From the NCBI GenBank assembly GCA_934086775.1, contig CAKOIJ010000001.1, forward strand, positions 4,141 through 68,140: a DNA stretch of 64,000 nt, in the 5' to 3' direction. The position numbers and the translations under genes are program-made. The stretch comes from an uncultured Bacilli bacterium. GTDB taxonomy: Bacteria > Bacillota_I > Bacilli_A > RF39 > UBA660. The notes beneath the pieces are model-generated. The model saw only the letters and a program-made list of their open reading frames with translations, ran no database searches and was not told the origin of the DNA. Below, piece by piece: positions 20,540 to 30,214 of this stretch (the stretch's first letter is position 1; each line of letters opens with the position of its first letter).

Positions 20540-21331
20540 TTATTTACTTTCCTTTATAACTATGTAACTAACACTTTCATCTAAAAGAAAATCTCTTTCA
20601 TTTACTTCTAACTTACCATTTATATAAATAGTGCTTGCATTTATTCCTAGAATGGAAAGAATTTCTTTTAAATTAGAATATTTTTTAACTTTAATAACTT
20701 TAACTTCATTAGTAATAATACTTATATATATATAGTCTCTTGCTAATCTGTTCTTTAGTTTGTTATATATATCTAAAATATCATATAAATTATAATATTC
20801 GGAATATTTCTTATTAAATACTAAATTAATATTAGGATAAGCATTTATATAATTAAATAAAGTTCCAAAAGAAATAATATCTTTTTTATTTAAATTAATA
20901 TATGCTTTTATATTATAAGTTTCAGTTAGTAAATTAATAGTTTCTAATATTGCTTTAATATTATCTTTAAGAATATAAGAATCTTTAATATCATAGTTTA
21001 AATTATTATTAATATTTATATAAAAATCTTTATTTAAAGATACAACTTCATTTATAAATGATTTATCTAGTTTATAAATACTCTCATTTTGAATTAAGTT
21101 CCTATGTTCATCTTTAAAGTTATTTTCTATTACAATAGTGTTTAATATTCCTTTGGTACTATTAATTTTGGTAGTACCTTTAACAATACCTGATATTGGA
21201 CTATAATCTACTAGTTTATCTCCTTTTAAAACAACTTCACTTTTTATATTAATATCATTAATATTATCAAAAGGTAAATAAATATAGTCTTCAGTCAGAT
21301 AACTTTCTACTTCATTAATCATTATTTTCAC
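20540..21331 (-). CDS. Hypothetical protein (263 aa)
   Basis: Intact ORF between uvrC and holA. Not ComEC-like. Confidence 0.4.
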   Translation of the reverse strand: MKIMINEVESYLTEDYIYLPFDNINDINIKSEVVLKGDKLVDYSPISGIVKGTTKINSTKGILNTIVIENNFKDEHRNLIQNESIYKLDKSFINEVVSLNKDFYININNNLNYDIKDSYILKDNIKAILETINLLTETYNIKAYINLNKKDIISFGTLFNYINAYPNINLVFNKKYSEYYNLYDILDIYNKLKNRLARDYIYISIITNEVKVIKVKKYSNLKEILSILGINASTIYINGKLEVNERDFLLDESVSYIVIKESK

Positions 21332-23084
21332 TCCCCATTTTTAAAAAGTCTAATAACTCCTTTGCAACACTTTGAGGAAGTATTTCACTAAGTTCTTCAA
21401 TACTTGTTTCACGTATCCTTTTAATACTTCCATATTTTTTTAATAGTTCTTTTCTTCTAGTTGGTCCTATTCCGTTTACTTTATTAAGTACACTTTCAAT
21501 AGAACCTTTACTTCTAATTTGCCTATGATAGTTAATAGTAAATCTGTGTACTTCATCACTTATTCTAGTTAAAAGATAAAACATATTACTTTTCTTATCA
21601 ATATTATACTCTTTTAATGTATCCCCATCAACTAGTTTACTTAAAGTATGTTTATCATCTTTCATTAAACCGCATACCTTAATATTTAAGTTTAGACTAT
21701 TTAATACTTCTTTACAAGCGTTTATTTGATTAACTCCTCCATCTACTAATATTAGGTCAGGTTTTCTAGTTTTATTCATAAGTACGCTTTGATATCTTCT
21801 ATATATAACTTCTTTCATAGATCCAACATCATCGTTCTTATCAGTTGATATTTTAAATTTTCTATAGTCATTCTTACTAGGTTTACCATCTATAAATGTA
21901 ACCATTCCACTAACAGTAAAAGATCCAAATAAATTGGAGTTATCAAATGCCTCGATTATATTTAAATAGGGCATATTTAAAATGTCTCCTAAACTTTGAA
22001 GAGCATTTATAGTTCTGTCTTCATCTTTGTAAATAAGTTCTAAATTATTTTTAAAATTTATTTCAGCATTAGTTCTTGCTAAATCAAATAAATGTTTCTT
22101 TTTACCTTTAAAAGTATTTACTACTTTAGTTTCAAGTAGTGTACTTAATAAATCTGTATCAACTATATCAGGTACTATTAATTCTTTAGGTAAGATATTC
22201 TTTTTAGAATAAAAATTAACTATATAATATTCTAAGGTTTCTTTTACCTCATCTATAAGAGGAAATATATTCTTCTTATCTCCTAAAAGTTTACCATTTC
22301 TAATAAAAAATACTACTATACTAATATATCCGTTTCCTATATAATAATTGAAAATGTCTCTATTAACTCCATCATTAAGTTCTACTTTTTGTTTTTCAAA
22401 AACAACATTAATATAATCAAGTTCTTTCTTTAAATCAAGCGCAACTTCATAATTTAAATTATCAGAATTTATTTTAATTTTTTCTTTAATTTTATTTATT
22501 AAAACTTCATCATGTCCATTTAATATAGAAAGTATTTCATTATTAAGACTAGATACATCTAAATTCTTATACTCACAGTATCCAAGACATTCTCCTATAT
22601 GGTAATATAAACAAACCTTCTTAGGCATTTTATCACATTTTTTTAGTGGATAAAGTCTATTAATTAAATTAACAAGTTTTCTAGCTGCACTACTATTAGG
22701 GTAAGGCCCAAATAAAAGTTTATTTTTCTTATTAATATTTATTTCTCTCTTAACGGTTAAAGTAGGATATTTATCACACTTATATTCTATGTAAGGATAA
22801 CTTTTATCATCTTTAAGAAGAATATTATAGTGAGGATCATGTTTCTTAATTAAATTCATTTCGAGAATAAAAGCTTCAAGTTCACTTGAAGTAACTATAT
22901 AATCAAAGTCATATATTTCACTAACTAATAACTTAGTCTTGCCAGTGTGCTCTCTATTAAAATAACTATTAAGTCTATTCTTGAGTACTTTTGCTTTACC
23001 TACATATATAATAGTACCTTCTTTATTTTTCATTAAATAGCATCCTGGTAATTTTGGTACTAAAAGAAGTTTATCTTTTATCAT
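21315..23084 (-). CDS. uvrC: Excinuclease ABC subunit C
   Basis: N-terminal GIY-YIG (PGCYLMKNKEGTIIYVGKAKVLKNR), C-terminal HhH, 589 aa. Confidence 0.9.
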   Translation of the reverse strand: MIKDKLLLVPKLPGCYLMKNKEGTIIYVGKAKVLKNRLNSYFNREHTGKTKLLVSEIYDFDYIVTSSELEAFILEMNLIKKHDPHYNILLKDDKSYPYIEYKCDKYPTLTVKREININKKNKLLFGPYPNSSAARKLVNLINRLYPLKKCDKMPKKVCLYYHIGECLGYCEYKNLDVSSLNNEILSILNGHDEVLINKIKEKIKINSDNLNYEVALDLKKELDYINVVFEKQKVELNDGVNRDIFNYYIGNGYISIVVFFIRNGKLLGDKKNIFPLIDEVKETLEYYIVNFYSKKNILPKELIVPDIVDTDLLSTLLETKVVNTFKGKKKHLFDLARTNAEINFKNNLELIYKDEDRTINALQSLGDILNMPYLNIIEAFDNSNLFGSFTVSGMVTFIDGKPSKNDYRKFKISTDKNDDVGSMKEVIYRRYQSVLMNKTRKPDLILVDGGVNQINACKEVLNSLNLNIKVCGLMKDDKHTLSKLVDGDTLKEYNIDKKSNMFYLLTRISDEVHRFTINYHRQIRSKGSIESVLNKVNGIGPTRRKELLKKYGSIKRIRETSIEELSEILPQSVAKELLDFLKMGSENND

Positions 23085-23105
23085 AATGTTCTCCTTTCAA
23101 TATTA

Positions 23106-23693
23106 TTAATTACATTTTTTAATAAGTTTTTTGTCTTTAGTATTACTAATTATTTTTTTAATATCTTTTAAATTTAATTTATTAACATTACATATGTCTA
23201 TTATAGGTAAATAAATATCATTATTATAAGTATTAATTTTTTTTATTAATTTTATTCTTTTAGAAAGAACTTTTAAAGAATTAATACTTATATCATTGGT
23301 AAAGCAATCAATATTAGATAAATATAAATTATATTTTAAATAATTATTATAAGCATCTTCAGATTTATAAAAATTATAAAAATAATATAAAAAGCCAACT
23401 AAATTAGTAGATAATAAAACTGGAATGTTACTATTTGATAATATATATAAATAAGGGCTTGAAAATGATAAACCAAAACATATTAAACCTGCCTTTAATA
23501 AATTATTACTTTTACTATCCCTTACAATATATTCTCTGTTAAATAATTTAATATTATTATTAATGCTTTCTATAACTTCATAATATAAATCATTTGATAA
23601 TTCTTTCATTTCAAAAGAATTATTACTATATTTTATCATAATAATAGGTTTATCATTCATAAATTTTATTTCATAATCAATTATATATTTCAT
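23106..23693 (-). CDS. Hypothetical membrane protein (195 aa)
   Basis: Intact ORF with hydrophobic central segment. Confidence 0.4.
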   Translation of the reverse strand: MKYIIDYEIKFMNDKPIIMIKYSNNSFEMKELSNDLYYEVIESINNNIKLFNREYIVRDSKSNNLLKAGLICFGLSFSSPYLYILSNSNIPVLLSTNLVGFLYYFYNFYKSEDAYNNYLKYNLYLSNIDCFTNDISINSLKVLSKRIKLIKKINTYNNDIYLPIIDICNVNKLNLKDIKKIISNTKDKKLIKKCN

Positions 23694-23741
23694 AAAAACT
23701 CCTAGGTATATTGTATCAAAAATAAAAGAAAAAAAGAAGAG

Positions 23742-24083
23742 TTAATTTTCTTCATTAATCTTCTCTATTATTTTTTCAATTCTACTTCCATATTCAATAG
23801 ATTCATCATATATAAAATGTAACTCTGGAATATGTCTTATATTAAGTCTTCCTGCTAATTCAGTCCTAAAATATCCACTAGCATTTTTCATGTCTTTAAT
23901 AACCTTATCACGTTTATCATCATCTAAAGTAGTAAAATAAACTTTAGCACTTGATAAATCATTGGTAACGGTTGCGTAAGTAATTGTTACTTTTTGTAAA
24001 TCTTCATCTTTAACTTCAGTTAAAAGAATATTACTTAATTCTTTAATTAAATCTGAAGCTACTCTTTCACCTTTCAATTTCAT
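23742..24083 (-). CDS. rbfA: Ribosome-binding factor A
   Basis: 113 aa, RxxRVxxxIxxELSxIL-type N-terminus, directly after infB. Confidence 0.85.
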   Translation of the reverse strand: MKLKGERVASDLIKELSNILLTEVKDEDLQKVTITYATVTNDLSSAKVYFTTLDDDKRDKVIKDMKNASGYFRTELAGRLNIRHIPELHFIYDESIEYGSRIEKIIEKINEEN

Positions 24084-26182
24084 TATTTCTTAACCACCTT
24101 TAATTCAAAAGTTTCAACTATATCTCCTACTTTAATATCAGAATAATTATCTAGTGTTAAGCCACAGTCAAAGCCTGATTTAACTTCCTTAGCTCCATCT
24201 TTTTCTCTTTGAAGTGTTGCTATTTTAGTAGTAGTTATTACTACTCCATCTCTGATTAATCTAGCTCCACTTCCAACTTTTATTATACCACTTGTAACAT
24301 GTACTCCTGCAATGTTACCAACTTTAGAGAATTTAAATATCTGTCTAATTTCAGCTTCACCAGTAACTACTTCTTCAAATTCGGGATCTAACATACCTTT
24401 CATAGCAGCTTCTATTTCTTCAACTACTTTATATATAATATTGTATAATCTTATGTCTACATTATAATTTTTAGCTGCTTCTTTAGTTTTACTAGAAGGT
24501 ACTACATTAAATCCTATTATAATAGCATTAGATGCACTTGCAAGTACTATATCACTTTCAGTAATAGTACCAACTCCACTTCTAATAACTGAAACTTTTA
24601 CACCTTCAACATCTATCTTTTCTAAAGCGTTTTTAACTGCCTCTTCTGAACCTTTAGAATCAGTTTTAAGAACTATATTTATTTCTTTATGTCCTTCTTT
24701 AACTCTTTCAAAAAGTTCATCTAAACTTACTGCTTTTTTAACAAATTTTCTTTCTTTTTCAAGAACTTCTCTCTTCTCAGCAACACTTCTTGCAATTTTT
24801 TCACTTTCAAATGCCATGAATTTATCACCCGCTACTGGAACTTTATTAAGTCCTGTTATTTCTACTGGTGTACTAGGAGATGCACTTGTTAAATCATTTC
24901 CGTTACTATTCTTAAGTGTTCTTACTTTACCAAAAGCACTTCCACATACGATAGGATCTCCAAGTCTTAGGGTACCATTATTAATAAGTAATGTAGTAGT
25001 AACACCTTTATTCTTATCAAGTGAACTTTCTATTACAGTACCAACTGCATATCTATTTGGATTTGCTTTTAATTCTTCCATTTCAGAAAGTGCAATTATA
25101 TTTTCAAGAAGTAAACTTACATTTTCTCCAGTATGAGCAGATAATTTAACAAATATAGTGTCTCCTCCCCATTCTTCAGGAGTCAAACCATATTCACTCA
25201 TTTCACTCATAATCTTATCAATATTACCAATTCCTTTATCTATCTTATTAATAGCAACTATTATAGGAACACCGGCACTTTTAGCATGATCTATTGCTTC
25301 CTTAGTTTGAGGCATAACACCATCATCAGCTGCTACAATAATAACAACTATATCAGTTATTTTAGCACCTCTTGCACGCATTTCAGTAAATGCAGCGTGT
25401 CCAGGAGTATCAATAAAAGTAATTAAATTACCATTTATTTCTACTTGATATGCACCTATTGCTTGTGTAATACCGCCAGCTTCACCACTTACAACATGGC
25501 TTTTTCTAATATAGTCAAGTAAACTAGTTTTACCATGATCTACATGCCCCATTATAGTAACTACTGGAGGTCTACTAGTTAAATCTTCTTCTTTATCGAT
25601 AATTTCATATTCTTCGAAATTGCTAATATCTACCGTTTTATCCTTTTTAAGTTCTTTATTAAATTCTAAACTAACTAGTTCTGCATCTTCAAATGAAATA
25701 CTAGAATTTATATTAATCATTAAACCTAAATCAAATAATTTTTTAACTAAATCAGTATCTTTAACATTTAAACTACTAGCAAGTTCTTTAACAGTCATAC
25801 CTTCCTTATAAATAGCAATATTATCAGATACTTCACTGTTACTTTGAAGTTTTGTTTTATTCTTGTATATATTCTTCTTTTCCTTTTTAAAATTTTCATT
25901 TTCTTTAGTAGTATCTTTTTTCTTTAATTTTACTTTCTTTTGTTTTCCTTCATCAATACTACTTCCAAGTAAATTTTCAGCTCGGTCTTCAAAATCAAAT
26001 TTACTTTCTAGTTCTTCACTTAGATAACTTTCTTCACTACTTAAATTATTATCTAGTAAGATAATATCATCATCACTTAAAAAATCATCTTTATTACTTA
26101 CATTGATTCCAAGTTCTTTACATTTATCAAGTACATTATTTATATTAACTTTTACATCAATAGCATATTCTTCTACTGTCAT
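24083..26182 (-). CDS. infB: Translation initiation factor IF-2
   Basis: 699 aa. G-domain [29 protein letters not shown]. Confidence 0.95.
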   Translation of the reverse strand: MTVEEYAIDVKVNINNVLDKCKELGINVSNKDDFLSDDDIILLDNNLSSEESYLSEELESKFDFEDRAENLLGSSIDEGKQKKVKLKKKDTTKENENFKKEKKNIYKNKTKLQSNSEVSDNIAIYKEGMTVKELASSLNVKDTDLVKKLFDLGLMININSSISFEDAELVSLEFNKELKKDKTVDISNFEEYEIIDKEEDLTSRPPVVTIMGHVDHGKTSLLDYIRKSHVVSGEAGGITQAIGAYQVEINGNLITFIDTPGHAAFTEMRARGAKITDIVVIIVAADDGVMPQTKEAIDHAKSAGVPIIVAINKIDKGIGNIDKIMSEMSEYGLTPEEWGGDTIFVKLSAHTGENVSLLLENIIALSEMEELKANPNRYAVGTVIESSLDKNKGVTTTLLINNGTLRLGDPIVCGSAFGKVRTLKNSNGNDLTSASPSTPVEITGLNKVPVAGDKFMAFESEKIARSVAEKREVLEKERKFVKKAVSLDELFERVKEGHKEINIVLKTDSKGSEEAVKNALEKIDVEGVKVSVIRSGVGTITESDIVLASASNAIIIGFNVVPSSKTKEAAKNYNVDIRLYNIIYKVVEEIEAAMKGMLDPEFEEVVTGEAEIRQIFKFSKVGNIAGVHVTSGIIKVGSGARLIRDGVVITTTKIATLQREKDGAKEVKSGFDCGLTLDNYSDIKVGDIVETFELKVVKK

Positions 26183-26196
26183 AAAACCACTCCTTT

Positions 26197-26454
26197 CTAT
26201 AATCTTGATTTTAATTCTTCATATATTTCCTCAGGAACATCTACCATTAAATGTCTATCAAGTATTCTAGATTTTTCTGCTTTCAAAATAACATCTAAAT
26301 CCTTCTTTACATATGCTCCTCTTCCATTTGCCTTATTGGTGTCATCTACAATAACACTACCTTCTGGAGTTCTTACTACTCTAAATAAATCTTTCTTTTC
26401 TAATTTTTCCTTAGTTATAACACATGTTCTTAAAGGTACTTTCTTTACTTTCAT
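26197..26454 (-). CDS. ylxR: YlxR/RnpM (DUF448) RNA-binding protein
   Basis: 85 aa PLRTCVITKEK motif between nusA and infB. Confidence 0.8.
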   Translation of the reverse strand: MKVKKVPLRTCVITKEKLEKKDLFRVVRTPEGSVIVDDTNKANGRGAYVKKDLDVILKAEKSRILDRHLMVDVPEEIYEELKSRL

Positions 26455-26462
26455 AAAAACAC

Positions 26463-27521
26463 CTACTTATTAATCTCTTCATTAATTTCATTTAAAGTTT
26501 TAATTTTAATAGTATATCTAGTTAGTTTACTAGCAAGTTTAATATTAATACCCTTTTTACCAATTGCTAAACTTAAATTATCTTCATCTACTATAGCAAG
26601 AGCTCCTTTATTTAATTCATCAGTTATAGTAACATTTACATCTTTAGCAGGACTAAGAGCATTAGCTATAAATTCTTCTGGAACATTACTATAAAGTACT
26701 AAATCTATTTTTTCACCGTTTAATGCTTTAATTATATTAGCAATACGAGATCCTTTTTCACCTATACAACTACCAATAGCATCTACATTAGGGTTAGTAC
26801 TTTCTACTGCTACTTTACTTCTTATACCTGCTTCTCTAGCAACACCATGCATTACTAGAGTTCCATCAGAAAATTCAGGTATTTCACTTTCAAAAAGTCT
26901 TTTGACAAATCCATAATGTTTTCTACTTAATCTAATAGATGGACCTTTTGGTGTTTCTTCTATTTTAGTAATATAAACTTTTACACTATCTCCCATTTTA
27001 AGAGTTTCTCCTGGAATAAGTTCACTTTTTGGTAAAAGTCCTCTTGCTTTACCTAAATCAACATAATAATTTCTAGTATCTTCCATAGCTAAAAATCCAA
27101 TCATTAGTTCATCTTGTTTATCTTTGAATTCTTCCATTACTTGATTTCTTTCAGCTTCTCTTATCTTTTGAAGTACTACTTGTTTAGCAACACCAACTGC
27201 AACACGTCCAAAGTCTTTAGGAGTAACTTCAGTTTCATAAAAATCTCCAATCTTAGCATCTGGATGTTCTTCCTGTGCTTCTTCTAAAGTTAACTCTGCA
27301 TCAGGGTTTTCTAACTCTTCAACAACAGTCATTCTCTTAAAGATTTTAATCATACCATTATCTGTGTTTATTTCACATCTAACATCTGCATCTTCTCCAA
27401 AGTTTTTCTTATAGGCTGCTGCAAAAGCATTACTCATTGCTTCTTTAATTAAATCTTCACTTAAACCTTTCTCTTTAACTAAATAATCAAAAGCTGTTTT
27501 AAATTCCTTACTATTCATCAT
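26463..27521 (-). CDS. nusA: Transcription termination/antitermination factor NusA
   Basis: 352 aa. S1 and tandem KH domains (GSRI…, GKKGINIK). Confidence 0.9.
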   Translation of the reverse strand: MMNSKEFKTAFDYLVKEKGLSEDLIKEAMSNAFAAAYKKNFGEDADVRCEINTDNGMIKIFKRMTVVEELENPDAELTLEEAQEEHPDAKIGDFYETEVTPKDFGRVAVGVAKQVVLQKIREAERNQVMEEFKDKQDELMIGFLAMEDTRNYYVDLGKARGLLPKSELIPGETLKMGDSVKVYITKIEETPKGPSIRLSRKHYGFVKRLFESEIPEFSDGTLVMHGVAREAGIRSKVAVESTNPNVDAIGSCIGEKGSRIANIIKALNGEKIDLVLYSNVPEEFIANALSPAKDVNVTITDELNKGALAIVDEDNLSLAIGKKGINIKLASKLTRYTIKIKTLNEINEEINK

Positions 27522-27756
27522 ATTCTCCTTTACTACAAATATCTAATACATAATCATCTAGTCCTAAATCTAATTCATCAATAATTGGACTAATTATTTT
27601 AGATGCTTTTTCACATAAATCAGTATCAACTAATTCACCATCTAATCTTATGAAAAGAGTATCAATATTATCTTCCTTTTCTAAAGATATATCATATACT
27701 TTTACATCAATTTCTTCAAGTGGCTCCTTAATAGCATCAATAATTTTTTCTTTCAT
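27511..27756 (-). CDS. rimP: Ribosome maturation factor RimP (short, 81 aa)
   Basis: First gene of nusA operon. N-terminal RimP-like domain only. Confidence 0.6.
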   Translation of the reverse strand: MKEKIIDAIKEPLEEIDVKVYDISLEKEDNIDTLFIRLDGELVDTDLCEKASKIISPIIDELDLGLDDYVLDICSKGEYDE

Positions 27757-27782
27757 TTTTTACCTCCTATATTCAAATTAAA

Positions 27783-27802
27783 GAGTGGCCTTTTATGCCA
27801 CT
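27783..27802 (-). promoter_or_regulatory. GC-rich leader hairpin (GAGTGGC-N7-GCCACTC) in the rimP-nusA 5' UTR, candidate NusA-autoregulatory terminator
   Basis: Lies between the predicted promoter and the rimP SD AGGAGG. Followed by a U-rich stretch on the minus strand. Confidence 0.4.
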
Positions 27803-27818
27803 CCTTCAAGTAACTATA

Positions 27819-27847
27819 ATTATACAACAATTATTACTTATATGCAA
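27819..27847 (-). promoter_or_regulatory. Sigma-A promoter TTGCAT-17-TATAAT for rimP-nusA-ylxR-infB-rbfA
   Basis: Minus strand ttgcatataagtaataattgttgtataat directly upstream of the leader hairpin. Confidence 0.5.
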
Positions 27848-27874
27848 GTTTTTTATTTGGTACTTTATATTGTA

Positions 27875-29380
27875 CTAATTATAAACTATCTCGTAAGGGC
27901 TTTCTGAACTTCCATTTCCTGAAGAATATGGAACTTCTGCCTTAATTGATATAACAGGGCGGACACCATAAGCAGTGGTCACATTGCCGTCGTCTAATCT
28001 ACCCGGATTGCGCGAACCGTAAACACCAAATGAGCCAGCATTAGCACCATTCCAGTAGGTAGGAGACAAAAGCCACCACCATGTACTTCCTGTTATACTT
28101 GAACCAGTACTATTTAAATAATACCATACTGATGGATTGTTAGTCCATGCTAAACCTCCTGCATAACTAACTTCATCTGCTGTCATGAGTCCTATTGGAT
28201 GTGTTAGTTTTGCTTTTGCATTACTTCCTGAAAATGCATCTTCTGGTGTAGTACAATCGTATGTTGGTGTTTTTTTACTTGCTAGTCTACCATATGCCAT
28301 GTAGTTAAATCTTTCACTTCCTGCTGCACTATATGTTCCATTTGCTACATTTCTATCATTACAGTATATCGCTTCTGTACTTAAGTATTTTGTATAACTT
28401 GTTAAGTTATTACTATACCATTTATCTATTACTCCTTTTACTACACTGCTATTTGTATTTTTACGATTATTTTCTAAAGACCCACTTATTCCATACATAT
28501 AACCTACATACATTGAATCATTAGATGTACTATTGAATTTACTTGTACCTATATATCCACTTGTTGTATCAGGACTTGTTCCTGAATACAAAAGTCTAAT
28601 ACTTCCATCATGATTTGTTCTTATTATTCTCCAGTAAAATCCTGCAAATTTTACCCAGTTATTAGTAGGATTCCCTGCAAAGTAATATACATCTTTTGTT
28701 GGTCCTCCTGTTATACTTTCAGTACTCTTAAATAATGTACCAGTTGTATCACTTGTAAATATTGAACTAAATGATGTTCTTGTTCCTCTTGTTTGATTAT
28801 CATTTAGTATTTGCCATCCCAAAGTACCTTCTTCATATTCTCCATGTATATTCTCTGTTCCTTTTTCTATATACAATGAACCACTTAATACTTTACCCAT
28901 ATCTTCACTTTGATCTACTACTAAAGTATCTATATATTTAAATTCTATACTATATGAGTGAGTTTTACCTTTTGCTATTTCTACACTATGGGCTAAAACT
29001 GTATCAGTAGTTGAACTTCTTTTAGGTACATCTTTAAACTCACTCATATTGTATCCACCATCAGTACTAGTTATTTTGTATACTAAATATCCTTTTGTAA
29101 TAAAAGTATTTACTAAATCTTTTATTACTATATTGTATTTATATGTACCATCACTTTCATTCTTTACTGTGAATGTACTTATACCACTTGACCAACCTGG
29201 TACTATTTCTGAACCTGCTATTGTACCTGTACCACTGTTAAATACTATCCTAAGATTAGCACTGTCAACTGAAACTTCTTTTTCTTTTCCAAGTATTTCC
29301 ATTGAAAACCATGCTAAACTAACTGATAATACTATTACTAACAAACTCCCTAATATAATTAATAATTCTTTCTTTTTCAT
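27875..29380 (-). CDS. Secreted TasA/camelysin (M73)-like protein with SipW-cognate-type signal motif (…SLAWFS…), paralogue 1, 501 aa
   Basis: N-terminus MKKKELLIILGSLLVIVLSVSLAWFS. N-terminal domain pattern (VFNSGTGTIAGSEIVPGWS…FTVKNESDGT) resembles TasA/CalY. Paralogous to 33794..35320 including the C-terminus …VRPVISIK…SPYEIVYN. Confidence 0.55.
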   Translation of the reverse strand: MKKKELLIILGSLLVIVLSVSLAWFSMEILGKEKEVSVDSANLRIVFNSGTGTIAGSEIVPGWSSGISTFTVKNESDGTYKYNIVIKDLVNTFITKGYLVYKITSTDGGYNMSEFKDVPKRSSTTDTVLAHSVEIAKGKTHSYSIEFKYIDTLVVDQSEDMGKVLSGSLYIEKGTENIHGEYEEGTLGWQILNDNQTRGTRTSFSSIFTSDTTGTLFKSTESITGGPTKDVYYFAGNPTNNWVKFAGFYWRIIRTNHDGSIRLLYSGTSPDTTSGYIGTSKFNSTSNDSMYVGYMYGISGSLENNRKNTNSSVVKGVIDKWYSNNLTSYTKYLSTEAIYCNDRNVANGTYSAAGSERFNYMAYGRLASKKTPTYDCTTPEDAFSGSNAKAKLTHPIGLMTADEVSYAGGLAWTNNPSVWYYLNSTGSSITGSTWWWLLSPTYWNGANAGSFGVYGSRNPGRLDDGNVTTAYGVRPVISIKAEVPYSSGNGSSESPYEIVYN

Positions 29381-29413
29381 ATAGACTTCCTTTCTTTTTT
29401 AGACACTAAAAAA

Positions 29414-29436
29414 AGATAGATTTAAAAAATCTATCT
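29414..29436 (-). terminator. Leader terminator/attenuator hairpin AGAUAGAUUU-UUUAA-AAAUCUAUCU followed by U7, immediately upstream of the RBS of paralogue 1
   Basis: Perfect 10-bp inverted repeat plus U-run on the minus-strand RNA. Covaries with the copy-2 hairpin. Confidence 0.55.
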
Positions 29437-29467
29437 CATTAAAGCACATGAAAAACCAGAAGGTTTA

Positions 29468-29533
29468 CTAGTTATTAATAATAACCCCCCCCCCTAGTAC
29501 TTTATTTTGTACATATAGGCTGTTGTTTTTCAT
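29468..29533 (-). CDS. Leader peptide uORF (21 aa, MKNNSLYVQNKVLGGGVIINN) containing the poly-G tract
   Basis: SD AAAGGAGA 5 nt upstream of the ATG. Conserved in copy 2 (MKNSNLFVQNKVLGGG…). Confidence 0.45.
   Translation of the reverse strand: MKNNSLYVQNKVLGGGVIINN
29485..29494 (-). repeat. Homopolymeric tract C10 (G10 on the coding strand) inside the leader uORF
   Basis: Seen directly. The only long G/C homopolymers noticed in this roughly 25% GC window are at the equivalent position of both paralogues. Confidence 0.9.
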
Positions 29534-29571
29534 GTTTTTCTCCTTTGTTATTTGTAGCTTCCTACAATAAA

Positions 29572-29628
29572 ATAATACCACAAAAAGTATTAGTTTACAA
29601 GTATTATTTTCTTGTACTTTTTGTGGTA
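29572..29628 (-). promoter_or_regulatory. Sigma-A-like promoter (TTGTAA-17-TATTAT, 29572..29600) embedded in a 14-bp-arm palindrome TACCACAAAAAGTA-N24-TACTTTTTGTGGTA (29576..29628), a candidate operator
   Basis: Seen on the minus strand. Identical arrangement upstream of paralogue 2. Confidence 0.45.
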
Positions 29629-29632
29629 CTAA

Positions 29633-30214
29633 TTATTTCTTCATTATTAATTTAATATTATTTTCTTTAGAAGAATCATTATTTAGTAATTCTTCTTTTC
29701 TAATTTCAAACATTCTTATACTTTTTTCTTTAAGATCATTTATTTCATAAATTATTTCATTTTCTTTAGATATTCTTTTAGTTTTTTCTAGCTCTAATTC
29801 TTTTAAAGTTTTTTCTTTTTCTAACTTAATGTTATTTAAATACTTGCTAAGTTCTTTAACTTTAGAGTCATATTTATGAGCATAAACAAGAGTTAATATA
29901 AATACAAATACATTTACTCCTGATAAAAGAATTGTACCAACTATATTAATAAAACCACCTAAATTTAATGGGATAATTCCAAGTGATAAAACCGAAATAA
30001 TAAGTAAAAGTTTATTAAAACCTTTAATATCTTTTCTTAAATTTAATAGTTTTATATTATTATTTCTTATTTCTTTATCAAGAAGTTCTATTTTATTTTC
30101 AAGTAAAGGCTCATTTTCATTAAAATTCTCTACTATTTTAACATTTCCATACTCATTAACAATTGCAGTTTTATCTTTAGTGACATGCATGTATTCTTTA
30201 TTCATATAACCCAC
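29633..30214 (-). CDS. Hypothetical membrane protein with coiled-coil segments (193 aa)
   Basis: Central TM helices flanked by K/E-rich heptad-like regions. Confidence 0.45.
   Translation of the reverse strand: MGYMNKEYMHVTKDKTAIVNEYGNVKIVENFNENEPLLENKIELLDKEIRNNNIKLLNLRKDIKGFNKLLLIISVLSLGIIPLNLGGFINIVGTILLSGVNVFVFILTLVYAHKYDSKVKELSKYLNNIKLEKEKTLKELELEKTKRISKENEIIYEINDLKEKSIRMFEIRKEELLNNDSSKENNIKLIMKK

Noticed and set aside
29485-29494. Poly-C length difference (10 versus 9) as a simple sequencing artefact
   Set aside because: Not rejected outright. Homopolymer miscalls are possible, and the frameshifted gene at 975..1556 shows at least one A-run frame break. But every large core gene in the window is intact, so the assembly is generally accurate at homopolymers, and the tract sits at the same site in both paralogues. 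This argues for a real contingency locus; reads must confirm it.
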